DNA of 64,000 nucleotides, from NCBI GenBank assembly GCA_965662235.1, contig CBFIGY010000014.1, positions 10,780 to 74,779 on the forward strand. The letters are read 5' to 3'. The notes under the pieces were generated by a model, which ran no database searches, was not told where the DNA came from, and saw nothing but the letters and a program-made list of their open reading frames with translations. This DNA is from an uncultured bacterium. GTDB taxonomy: Bacteria; SAR324; NAC60-12. Position 1 is the first letter of the stretch. Each line of letters starts with the position of its first letter. Below are positions 37,410 to 46,258 of the stretch, piece by piece. A program made the translations under genes and the position numbers.

Positions 37410-38170
37410 TCCGTAAAGGGGCACCACGCCCGTCCGCCCGAGCTGGCTCCTGCAGCCACAAACAGCGGTGCTAGGTGTTCCTCCCGGGGGTGGCAGTTCC
37501 GGGCCTGAGGCGCCTGCTTCCAGTCCACCAGCTGCTGCTGACGCTCCGGTTCCGGAAGCGCCGCCCACTCCTGCAGCCAGGCGTCAAACTCATGTGATTC
37601 CGAAAGCACCGAGCCTGAAAACATCCGGGGCAGGTTGTGGTAACTCATGCCAGATCCGACAATCAGCACCCCCTGTTCCTTGAGCGGACGCAGCGCCTGA
37701 CCGACTTGATAATGAAACGCCGGGTCCAGATCCGCTCGAAGTGACAGGGCCACCGTGGGCACATCCGCCTCCGGAACCGCAACCTTGAAGGGAATGAACA
37801 CCCCATGATCCCAGCCACGGTGCGGGTCGGGCTCTGCAGGAATCTGAGCCGCCTGCAGAAGCGTCAGCACCTGCTGCGCCAACTCCGGATCGCCGGGCGC
37901 CGGCCACTGCAGCTGATACGTGTGCTCCGGAAAGCCATAGTAGTCGTAAATCAGCTCCGGTTCCGGATGCGTGGTCACCTGCACCACCGGCGTTTCCCAG
38001 TGAGCTGAGATCACGAGCAACCGGCGGGGACGCTCCGGGAAGGTCTCCAGCAGTCCCTCCAGCCACGTCTGCAGGCGCTTCCACGTGTCCGGAGGTCCCA
38101 TGGTCCAGTCCATGAAAAAACACGGGCCACCGCCGTGTGGCAGGTAGAGGCTGGGTAAGTGAGTCGACAT
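37367..38170 (-). CDS. Class III extradiol ring-cleavage dioxygenase (LigB/DODA/YgiD-like)
   Basis: HGGGP, ISAHWE, YDYYGFP, DHG, GSGMSYHN and HPREEH motifs; AGGAG RBS before ATG 38170. Confidence 0.92.
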   Translation of the reverse strand: MSTHLPSLYLPHGGGPCFFMDWTMGPPDTWKRLQTWLEGLLETFPERPRRLLVISAHWETPVVQVTTHPEPELIYDYYGFPEHTYQLQWPAPGDPELAQQVLTLLQAAQIPAEPDPHRGWDHGVFIPFKVAVPEADVPTVALSLRADLDPAFHYQVGQALRPLKEQGVLIVGSGMSYHNLPRMFSGSVLSESHEFDAWLQEWAALPEPERQQQLVDWKQAPQARNCHPREEHLAPLFVAAGASSGGRAWCPFTDQVMGATVSALAFD

Positions 38171-38339
38171 GAGAGGCTCCTGAAAAAAGACGGGGAAACG
38201 CAGGCCTTTAGCTTGCGGAAAAGCCCCCCAAAGCTCAAGCGCCCCTTTCTCGAACCAACCCGCTTCCGGAGTTCCGCTTGAAACTGGAAGAGACACCGCT
38301 CAAGATTTTGATTTTACGATCTGTTTAGAGAGCCCTCTC

Positions 38340-40046
38340 ATGTCCCTGCTTCCCTTTCGCCGCTCCAGTCGCACCGTCCGCATCGGAGACCTTGCTGTTG
38401 GAGGCCAAGAGCCCATCCGCATTCAGTCCATGCTGACCTCTGACACCACAGATGTTGCCGCATGCTTGGCTGAAATTGAGCGGCTGGATGCCGTTGGGTG
38501 CGAGATGATCCGGGTCACGGCGCCGAACCAGAAGTCTGTGGAAGCCCTTGGCCGCATCCACGCTGGCATGCGGGAACGCGGCATCACCCGCCCTCTGATT
38601 GCCGACATCCACTTCAATCCGGCGCTGGCGGTGGGAGCCTGCGAGTTTGTTGAGAAGGTCCGGATCAACCCAGGCAACTATGCCGACCGCAAGAAGTTTG
38701 AGGTCCGGGAGTACTCAGAGGACCAGTATGCTGAGGAATTGGAGCGCATTGAGCAGTCCCTCCTGCCTCTGATCGCCAACCTCCAGCGTTACGGACGGGC
38801 GCTCCGGATTGGCACCAACCACGGTTCGCTCTCCGACCGTATCATGAACCGTTACGGCGACTCTCCGGAAGGCATGGTTCAGTCGGCCCTCGAGTTCCTC
38901 CGCATCTTCCGCAAGCACCAGTATCACGACATCGTCCTCTCCATGAAGTCCTCTAACCCAATGGTGATGATGCAGGCGTACCGGTTGTTGGTGAAGCGGA
39001 TGGACGAGGAGGGAATGGACTACCCACTCCACCTGGGCGTTACTGAAGCAGGGTTCGGCCCTGACGGACGCCTCAAGAGCGCTGTGGGCATTGGCGGGCT
39101 CCTCGCCGACGGACTGGGGGACACCATCCGCGTCTCCCTCACTGAACCTGCGGAGAATGAAATCCCTGCGGCCCGGCAGATTCTGGAAGAAGTCCAAGGG
39201 CAAACCTCGGTGGCTCAACGGCAACAGGCGTCCTTCAGCGGAACCCTGCAAAAGGGCGAGTTGATTCCGGAAGGCCCCCACGTCACGGCCACCGCCTCGG
39301 TGGACCTACAGGGCCTTGAAGTCGGAGGCTCCGCGCCGTTCCGCCTGCTGGCGCTCAGCGACTACACCATTCCCGGACTCGGCCATGAGGTCTTTGACAG
39401 CCTGCTCCAAAGGGACCAAGCGGGCTCCGTGCCGTTCCGCCTGCTCCAGGCGCCAGAAGCCGCCTCGACGACGCATCCGGAGCTGCTGCTGCTGGACGCA
39501 GAGCACCCGCTCGGGCTGGTCCGGGAGTGGCGCCAGCAGCTTGACCAGGCAGAGACCCCGTGGCCGATCGGATTTGTGCTGCCGGCCATGGAGCCCGACG
39601 CCCTGCCCCTTGGGCTCGCTGCGGAGCTGGGCACCCTGATTGCGGACGGCCTCCTGCAGGCCCTCGTGTGCCCCACAGCCAACTCAGAGGCGCCGGAGGT
39701 TGAGTTTGCGCAGATGCTGCTGCAGGCCACCCGGGTCCGACTCTACAAGGCTGACTTCATCTCCTGCCCTTCCTGCGGACGGACCTTCTTTGACCTGCAA
39801 ACCACCACTGCCCACATCAAGGAACGCACCGCGCACCTCAAGGGCGTCAAGATTGCGGTCATGGGCTGTGTCGTCAATGGTCCCGGCGAGATGGCCGATG
39901 CGGATTTTGGCTACGTTGGTGCAGGACCCGGCAAGGTGCACCTCTACAAGGGACAGGAACAGGTGGCCCGGAACATTCCCTCCGAACAGGCGGTCGATCG
40001 TCTGATTGAGCTGCTCCAGGAAAACGGCGTCTGGAAAAATCCCTGA
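38340..40046 (+). CDS. ispG: HMBPP synthase IspG/GcpE, long three-domain type
   Basis: IQSM, ADIHF, RINPGN, RIGTNHGSLS, YPLHLGVTEAG, GDTIRVSLT, SCPSCGRT and MGCVVNGPGE. Confidence 0.96.
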   Translation: MSLLPFRRSSRTVRIGDLAVGGQEPIRIQSMLTSDTTDVAACLAEIERLDAVGCEMIRVTAPNQKSVEALGRIHAGMRERGITRPLIADIHFNPALAVGACEFVEKVRINPGNYADRKKFEVREYSEDQYAEELERIEQSLLPLIANLQRYGRALRIGTNHGSLSDRIMNRYGDSPEGMVQSALEFLRIFRKHQYHDIVLSMKSSNPMVMMQAYRLLVKRMDEEGMDYPLHLGVTEAGFGPDGRLKSAVGIGGLLADGLGDTIRVSLTEPAENEIPAARQILEEVQGQTSVAQRQQASFSGTLQKGELIPEGPHVTATASVDLQGLEVGGSAPFRLLALSDYTIPGLGHEVFDSLLQRDQAGSVPFRLLQAPEAASTTHPELLLLDAEHPLGLVREWRQQLDQAETPWPIGFVLPAMEPDALPLGLAAELGTLIADGLLQALVCPTANSEAPEVEFAQMLLQATRVRLYKADFISCPSCGRTFFDLQTTTAHIKERTAHLKGVKIAVMGCVVNGPGEMADADFGYVGAGPGKVHLYKGQEQVARNIPSEQAVDRLIELLQENGVWKNP

Positions 40047-40135
40047 ACGTCCCCCATAATCACGAGGGCTCTTCCTTGAGCCCGCTTTGCTGTGAAGCGC
40101 CGCCACCCTTTTTCCAACTCCACCGGCCACCCCCT

Positions 40136-41323
40136 ATGCCCATTGCTCAAAGCGTCCGTGAGTCCATGCAGCGATCCTCCTGGATCCGTCAGATGTTTGA
40201 AGAAGGCGCCCGCCTCAAGGCCCTCCATGGCGCCGATCAGGTGCACGACTTTTCCATCGGGAACCCTGTGCTGGAGCCGCCTGCCGCTTTCCATGAGGCT
40301 CTGCGGGGACTGCTGGAAACGCCGGCCCCCGGACTGCATCGCTACATGCCAAACGCCGGGTACCCGGAAGTTCGGGCCTATGAGGCTGCCGAGCTGAAGA
40401 ACGCCACGGCGCTTGAGTTTGTCGCAGAAGACATTGTGATGTGCTGCGGCGCCGGAGGAGGCCTGAACGTGGTCCTCAAGGCGATGCTGGACCCCGGAGA
40501 CGAAGTGATCGCGCTGGCGCCGTATTTTGTGGAATATGGCTTTTATGCCCAGAACCACGGCGGAGTGCTGAAACCCGTCTCCACCAACGCCCGCTTTCAG
40601 CCGGACCTCAACGCCCTCGACGCGGCAATTGGTCCCCAAACGAAGGTGGTGCTCGTCAACTCTCCGAACAACCCCACCGGCGTGGTCTACTCGCAGGAAA
40701 CGCTGGACGCATTGGGAGCCCTGTTGCAGGAAAAGGAGCGCGAGGTCGGGCACCCGATCTACCTCATTTCTGACGACATCTACCGGCGCCTCACCTACGA
40801 CGGCGTCACCAGCGGAAACGCCCTGCTGAGTCACCCCAACAGCCTGCTCGTCACCTCGCACTCCAAGGACCTGGGGCTTCCGGGAGAGCGCATCGGCTAC
40901 ATCGCCGTGAACCCCCAGATTGAGGAGCGAACGCTGGTGCAGGGGGCCCTGGTGCTGGCCAACCGGGTGCTTGGCTTCGTCAACGCGCCGGGACTGATGC
41001 AACGCATCCTGCCACAGATCGGAGACGCCACCGTTGACATTGCCGCCTATGAGCGCCTCCGGAACCGCTTCCTTGAGGTCCTTGAAGCCTGTCACTTTGA
41101 CGTCGTCCGGCCCCAAGGGGCCTTCTACTTCTTCCCGAAGGCTCCGGAAGCGGATGACATCGCCTTTGTCAAACGAGCGCAGGAACAGCGCCTGCTGCTG
41201 GTTCCCGGGACCGGATTTGGCGCGCCGGGTTACTTCCGGATCTCCTTCTGCTGCACCGAGGCCGAGATTGAACGGGCGCAGCCCGCCTTTGAGCAACTGG
41301 CCCGTCACTATGGGCTGATCTGA
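40136..41323 (+). CDS. PLP-dependent class I/II (aspartate-type) aminotransferase
   Basis: SSWIRQMFEEG, FSIGNP, NSPNNPTG, SHSKDLGLPGERIGY (PLP Lys) and PQGAFY. Confidence 0.93.
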   Translation: MPIAQSVRESMQRSSWIRQMFEEGARLKALHGADQVHDFSIGNPVLEPPAAFHEALRGLLETPAPGLHRYMPNAGYPEVRAYEAAELKNATALEFVAEDIVMCCGAGGGLNVVLKAMLDPGDEVIALAPYFVEYGFYAQNHGGVLKPVSTNARFQPDLNALDAAIGPQTKVVLVNSPNNPTGVVYSQETLDALGALLQEKEREVGHPIYLISDDIYRRLTYDGVTSGNALLSHPNSLLVTSHSKDLGLPGERIGYIAVNPQIEERTLVQGALVLANRVLGFVNAPGLMQRILPQIGDATVDIAAYERLRNRFLEVLEACHFDVVRPQGAFYFFPKAPEADDIAFVKRAQEQRLLLVPGTGFGAPGYFRISFCCTEAEIERAQPAFEQLARHYGLI

Positions 41324-41325
41324 CC

Positions 41326-42357
41326 ATGCCCTTTGCCGACATCCTCGGACAGGAGCAGGCGCTGGAAACCCTCCGGCGGGTGGAACGTCAGGGCCGGATG
41401 CCGCACGCTTGGCTCTTCACCGGACCGGCTCACACCGGACGCTTCCGGGTCGCCGAGGCGCTGGCGCAGTGGCTCAACTGCGAGCAGGCCAGCGGACTTC
41501 TGGAAGAACGGAACGATGATGCCTGTGGCGAATGCCGGGCCTGCCGACAGATCGCAGAACGCAACCACCCCGACTTCCTGGTCCTGGAACCTGACGGAAA
41601 GAACATCCGCATGGAGCAGATCCACCAGGCGCAGCGGTGGTTGCAGCTGCATGCCGACCGGGCGCGCTGGCGGACCCTCATTCTGGACGGGGCGGAGCAC
41701 CTCAACCGGGAATCGTCAAATGCCTTCCTCAAAACTCTGGAAGAGCCTCCGGAGGGCACCCTCATCATCCTGATTGCCCCGTCTCCTGAACACCTGCTTG
41801 AGACCATTGTCTCCCGGTGTCAGCCGCTGCACTTCCGTCCACTTTCCGATGACGTCATCCGGACGCTGCTGCGGCAGGAGGAAACGCTTTCTGAGGAGCA
41901 GATCACCGCCCTGCTGCCTCAGGCCATGGGAAGCCTGCCAGTGGACCTGCTGGCAAAGGTGGACACCATCCGGACCGTTCAGGAGACGGTGCTGCAGTGG
42001 CTGGAACGGCCGGGCCCCGCTACCCTCGAGTCCGTTTTGAGCACCGTGGGCGGGTGGGCGAGTCCCAAAAATGACGAATGGCGGCTGATGTTGGACTTTC
42101 TTGAGCGCTGGTTCCGGGACGTGGCATGGCTCCAGCACGGATTAACCGCAGAGCACCTGCTGCATCCGGAGCTGCACGCCTCTGCTCAGCGCGCCGCCAC
42201 CCGCTTTCCGCCTCAACGGGTTCAGCACCTGCTGACTCGGCTGACGGAAGTCCGTCACGCCATCCAACTCAATGCAAACAAGGCTCTTGCCCTGGAAGGA
42301 CTATGGATCGAACTCAACCACGCTTCTGGACACGCCTCCCCTTCGCCCTCCTCCTGA
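41326..42357 (+). CDS. holB: DNA polymerase III delta-prime subunit
   Basis: HAWLFTGP, Zn module C...CGECRAC, HPDF, NAFLKTLEEPP and TIVSRCQ. Confidence 0.93.
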   Translation: MPFADILGQEQALETLRRVERQGRMPHAWLFTGPAHTGRFRVAEALAQWLNCEQASGLLEERNDDACGECRACRQIAERNHPDFLVLEPDGKNIRMEQIHQAQRWLQLHADRARWRTLILDGAEHLNRESSNAFLKTLEEPPEGTLIILIAPSPEHLLETIVSRCQPLHFRPLSDDVIRTLLRQEETLSEEQITALLPQAMGSLPVDLLAKVDTIRTVQETVLQWLERPGPATLESVLSTVGGWASPKNDEWRLMLDFLERWFRDVAWLQHGLTAEHLLHPELHASAQRAATRFPPQRVQHLLTRLTEVRHAIQLNANKALALEGLWIELNHASGHASPSPSS

Positions 42358-42806
42358 TGCTGCTCGGGGGATTCCTCATCCCGGCTGCTGGGCACGCCCG
42401 TCAGCCCACCCCCATGGAGCTGGAGGTCATTCAGACGGAAACCCGGACGGCCTTTGAGGAATTCCTCAAGCTCTGGCAGGAGGAACGGTACTTTGAGATG
42501 TACGAGCACGGACGCCGCCAGTCGAAGGACCTGATCGGCCTTGAGGAGTATGCCACCCGCATGGTGGAGCTGGACTGGGTTCCGGTGGGGCTCACCGCTC
42601 AGACTCCGCCGGTGGTGTCCTTCCGTTTCCGGACCATGCTCTACGTGGAAGCCACGATCACCTTCCGGCACAAGAGCATCGCCGACCTCCAGTTTGAACG
42701 GACCCAGTCGTTCCTCATGCTGCAGGAAGATGGCGAGTGGCGCTTTGACCTGCTGCAGATGATCCGCTCGCCCTTCTATGTGCCTGTGACGGCCTCCAAC
42801 CCCTGA
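42303..42806 (+). CDS. Secreted hypothetical protein (possible NTF2-like fold)
   Basis: GAAGGA RBS before ATG 42303, signal peptide and C-terminal EDGEWRF; overlaps the end of holB. Confidence 0.65.
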   Translation: MDRTQPRFWTRLPFALLLMLLGGFLIPAAGHARQPTPMELEVIQTETRTAFEEFLKLWQEERYFEMYEHGRRQSKDLIGLEEYATRMVELDWVPVGLTAQTPPVVSFRFRTMLYVEATITFRHKSIADLQFERTQSFLMLQEDGEWRFDLLQMIRSPFYVPVTASNP

Positions 42807-42821
42807 CCGTCCGGACTCGTT

Positions 42822-45035
42822 TTGGCTGACGCGCCCTTCTCTCCTGAGGCTGAGGGACTCGACGAAGTGCTCACCGGGACCCTCCAGCGGGTCGTCTTCT
42901 CGCAGCCAGATCGGGGGTTCATGATTGCCAAGTTCCTCCTTGAAGACGGCGACACCCTTGTCACCGTCAAGGGCACCCTGTTTCAGGTCAGCGAGCAGGA
43001 GACGCTTCGCCTCAAGGGACACTGGGAGGAGCACCGAACGTTCGGCCTCCAGTTTGCGGTGGAGGAATTCATGCCCGTCCAGCCCTCGACCCTTGAGGGC
43101 ATCACCCGTTTCCTGGCTTCCGGCGTGTTCAAGGGCATCGGCGAAGCCACTGCCCGACGCATTGTCGACAAGTTCGGCACCGACACCTTCGAGATCCTCG
43201 ACCGCTCTCCAGAGTCCCTCCTTCGCGTCAAGGGCGTCAACAAGACGCAGTACCGGACCCTGATTGAAGGCTGGGAGGACCAGAAGGGCATGCGGGACGT
43301 CCTCAGCTTTCTGCACGGACTCGGGGTTGCGCCTTCTGTGGCCCAGAAGATCTTTGCGGAATACGGTCTCAATAGCATCCCCAACCTTCAGCACAACCCC
43401 TACCAGATCACCGACCTCCCAGGCGTCGGCTTCCTGACAGCAGACGGCATTGCGCGCAAGCTGGGGTTTGATGAAAACTCTCCGGAACGGGCTCAGGCGG
43501 GGCTGCTTTACCTGCTTGAGCAGCAGGCCATCAATGGGCACACCTGCTTCCCCCGGAACGCGCTGGTGGAGCTGGCGCAACGGGAGCTGCGCATCCTCCC
43601 GGATGTCACAGAGCCTGCTTTTGCACCACTGCTCGAAAGCCGCCAGATCATTGAGCTGCCCGGAGGAGACGAGCCTCGCTTTGCTCAGCTGAAGCTCTTC
43701 CATGCGGAACGTCGCATCGCTGAGAACCTGATGCGCATCCTGAACAGCGATCCGCTGACCACGCTTCCGGACCCGCAGGGGCAGATTCAGCAACAGGAGC
43801 ACCTGCTGGGCCTGAGCCTTGATGAGGCGCAGCGCGAAGCCGTGGAAGCGGCCATGCAGAACAAGGTGCTCATCATCACCGGAGGACCTGGCACCGGGAA
43901 GACCACCATCGTCCGCTTCATCCTGGCCCTCATCCGTTCGCAGATTCCGAATCTGGCCCTCGCTGCTCCGACAGGTCGAGCCGCCAAGCGTCTCAACGAA
44001 GCCACCAAAACCCCGGCTTCCACCATTCACCGGCTGCTGGAGGCAAACAACCTTGGCTTCCAGCGCAACCGAGACCTGCCCCTGGAGCAGGAGCTGATTG
44101 TCATCGACGAATCGTCCATGATCGACACCCTGCTGATGGACGCGCTGCTGCAGGCCGTGCCCCCTTCGTCGCGGCTGTTGCTGGTTGGAGACGTTGATCA
44201 GCTGCCCTCTGTTGGACCAGGGTCGGTGCTCCGGGACTGCATTGAGTCGGAACTGGTGCCGGTGGCTCGGCTAGACCGCATCTTCCGGCAGGCTCAGGAC
44301 AGCCGCATCACGGTCAACGCCCACAGCATCCGTCGTGGGATCCTCCCAGATCTGGACCGGGTGGCTTCCGGGGCGGAGCTGCGGGACTTTTACTTCATCC
44401 GCGAACCCGATCCGGAGCAGGTTGCAGAGAAGATTGCCACGCTGGTTGCGGAACGCATCCCCAAACGGTTTGGGCTCGACCCGTTCCAAGAGGTTCAGGT
44501 CCTCACTCCCATGCACCGAGGCATCACGGGTTCTGTGGCGCTCAACCAGAAGCTTCAGCAGATCCTCAATCCCGAAGGCCCGGCAGTGGAACACCGCAGC
44601 CGCCTCCTGCGGTTGGGAGACAAGGTGATGCAGCAGCAAAATGACTATGAAAAGGAGGTCTTCAATGGAGACACCGGACGGATCCTGAGCGTCGATACCG
44701 ACACCCGGACGGTGGTGGTGGAGTTTGATCAGGGGCTGGTGACTTATGAATCAAAGGACCTGGACCAACTGCTGCTGGCCTACGCGATCTCAGTCCATAA
44801 GTCTCAGGGAAGTGAGTATCCGGCAGTGGTCATTCCTCTGACCACACACCACTACGTGATGCTGCAACGGAACCTGCTCTACACGGCTCTCACCCGGGGC
44901 AAGCAACTGGTCATCCTTGTCGGCACCGAACAGGCCGTCCGGCACGCTGTGGAGTCTGAGCAGACACTCGTCCGCTACACCTACCTTCCCGACCAGCTGC
45001 AGGACGTCAACGCCCACCTCAGCCAGTTCCTATAG
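42822..45035 (+). CDS. recD2: ATP-dependent RecD2 DNA helicase
   Basis: N-terminal OB and HhH regions (KGIGEATA), NPY, GGPGTGKTT, APTGRAAKR, DESSM, VGDVDQLPSVGPG and AYAISVHKSQGSE. Confidence 0.95.
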   Translation: MADAPFSPEAEGLDEVLTGTLQRVVFSQPDRGFMIAKFLLEDGDTLVTVKGTLFQVSEQETLRLKGHWEEHRTFGLQFAVEEFMPVQPSTLEGITRFLASGVFKGIGEATARRIVDKFGTDTFEILDRSPESLLRVKGVNKTQYRTLIEGWEDQKGMRDVLSFLHGLGVAPSVAQKIFAEYGLNSIPNLQHNPYQITDLPGVGFLTADGIARKLGFDENSPERAQAGLLYLLEQQAINGHTCFPRNALVELAQRELRILPDVTEPAFAPLLESRQIIELPGGDEPRFAQLKLFHAERRIAENLMRILNSDPLTTLPDPQGQIQQQEHLLGLSLDEAQREAVEAAMQNKVLIITGGPGTGKTTIVRFILALIRSQIPNLALAAPTGRAAKRLNEATKTPASTIHRLLEANNLGFQRNRDLPLEQELIVIDESSMIDTLLMDALLQAVPPSSRLLLVGDVDQLPSVGPGSVLRDCIESELVPVARLDRIFRQAQDSRITVNAHSIRRGILPDLDRVASGAELRDFYFIREPDPEQVAEKIATLVAERIPKRFGLDPFQEVQVLTPMHRGITGSVALNQKLQQILNPEGPAVEHRSRLLRLGDKVMQQQNDYEKEVFNGDTGRILSVDTDTRTVVVEFDQGLVTYESKDLDQLLLAYAISVHKSQGSEYPAVVIPLTTHHYVMLQRNLLYTALTRGKQLVILVGTEQAVRHAVESEQTLVRYTYLPDQLQDVNAHLSQFL

Positions 45036-46082
45036 GCGATTCTTGATCAGCAGTCCGGTCGCCAGCGTCAGAAAGATGAGGCTGCTTCCCCATGCGGCAA
45101 ACCATGGCACGAGGTACCCCGTACCGCCCAGGGCCAGGAAGATCTGGTTGAGCATCCAGAACACAATCCCCAGCAAGCAACTCAGGGCCAGCGACTCCGC
45201 CGTGGTGCCCCGTCGGTCATGAGAAGCCGAGAGGGCGAATCCGATGAGCACCATCACAACCAGCGCCACGATGTAAGCAAACTTCTGGTGCAGCTCCACC
45301 CAGTACCGGGACACGTCCTGCCCCTCGCGGCTGAGCCGGATGGCTTCCTGATACAGGGTTTCCAGCGGAAGGTGATGCGGGTCCTGAGACTGCGTAAGGT
45401 TGACGGACGGGAACTCATCAAGCGGGAGCGCTGTTTCCTTGTCCCGGAGTGTGAGCATTCCTGCCTCTTCAAAGAAGCTCTGCTCCACCTTGGGGAAGCG
45501 CCAGTACTTTTCCTCGAGGCGCCCGCGTCCCAGCTCGGTCCGTTCCTTGAGCCGGTAGGGTTGGTTCTCCCAGCGAAACAGCGTCACCCGCCGGACCTCG
45601 TTCGCACGCGTCCGGACCCCAATGTGGTAGAGCTGGTCTGCCCCTCCGAGGCGCCACAGGGACGGCAACCGTTTCTGCGTTTCCTGCTGGGTCCAGTTCT
45701 TCATCATCCACGGCGTTGCATAGTGCTGGAGGCCGTAGTTGATCGCGCCAATCCCCAGCGTCAGCGCCAGGATCGGTCCTACCAGGATCCACCCACCAAT
45801 TCCGGAGGCACTCATCGCCGCCACCTCAGAGGTCTTGTTCAGTGCCCCGAAGCAGGCGATGGTTGCCAGCAGCACCGTCACTGGCACCACCAGCTCCAGA
45901 ATCTGCGGCACCTGCAGCGCTGTCTCCTGCCAGAACCGAATGAACTCCTCCCAGCCCTCAAAGATGTTGGAGAGGTTGCTGAAGACGTTTCCCACCAGGA
46001 TCATCATCACAAAGGCGGCCAGCAGGAGCAGGAAGAAACGCAGGAACTCAGAGGCCACGTAACGGGCGATTAACCAGGGCAT
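45030..46082 (-). CDS. LptF/LptG family LPS export permease
   Basis: YjgP/YjgQ layout of 3 TM, a periplasmic beta domain and 3 TM; SEVAAMSASG and a C-terminal PWFAAW. Confidence 0.88.
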   Translation of the reverse strand: MPWLIARYVASEFLRFFLLLLAAFVMMILVGNVFSNLSNIFEGWEEFIRFWQETALQVPQILELVVPVTVLLATIACFGALNKTSEVAAMSASGIGGWILVGPILALTLGIGAINYGLQHYATPWMMKNWTQQETQKRLPSLWRLGGADQLYHIGVRTRANEVRRVTLFRWENQPYRLKERTELGRGRLEEKYWRFPKVEQSFFEEAGMLTLRDKETALPLDEFPSVNLTQSQDPHHLPLETLYQEAIRLSREGQDVSRYWVELHQKFAYIVALVVMVLIGFALSASHDRRGTTAESLALSCLLGIVFWMLNQIFLALGGTGYLVPWFAAWGSSLIFLTLATGLLIKNRL

Positions 46083-46258
46083 GCAGGGGGTCGATCAGAG
46101 AAAAACGGTAAAAAATTCAGCATACGGCACGCTCTTGGAAACAAAAAGCCAATTGCAGCCACTGTCCCCGAAACCGGACCCGCCTCCCGCTGTGGACCTC
46201 TGCTTGCATCAGGTAGGGGAAGACAGTCGCCGAATTTTTGCTCAGACGCTAGGAACGG

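Noticed and set aside
42255..44030. Long antisense ORFs (591 aa opposite recD2, and similarly 39944-41308, 19828-21069, 5206-6375, 23205-24326, 62863-63903)
   Set aside because: These are shadow frames of well-identified genes, expected with GC-rich codon bias, and they show no recognisable motifs.
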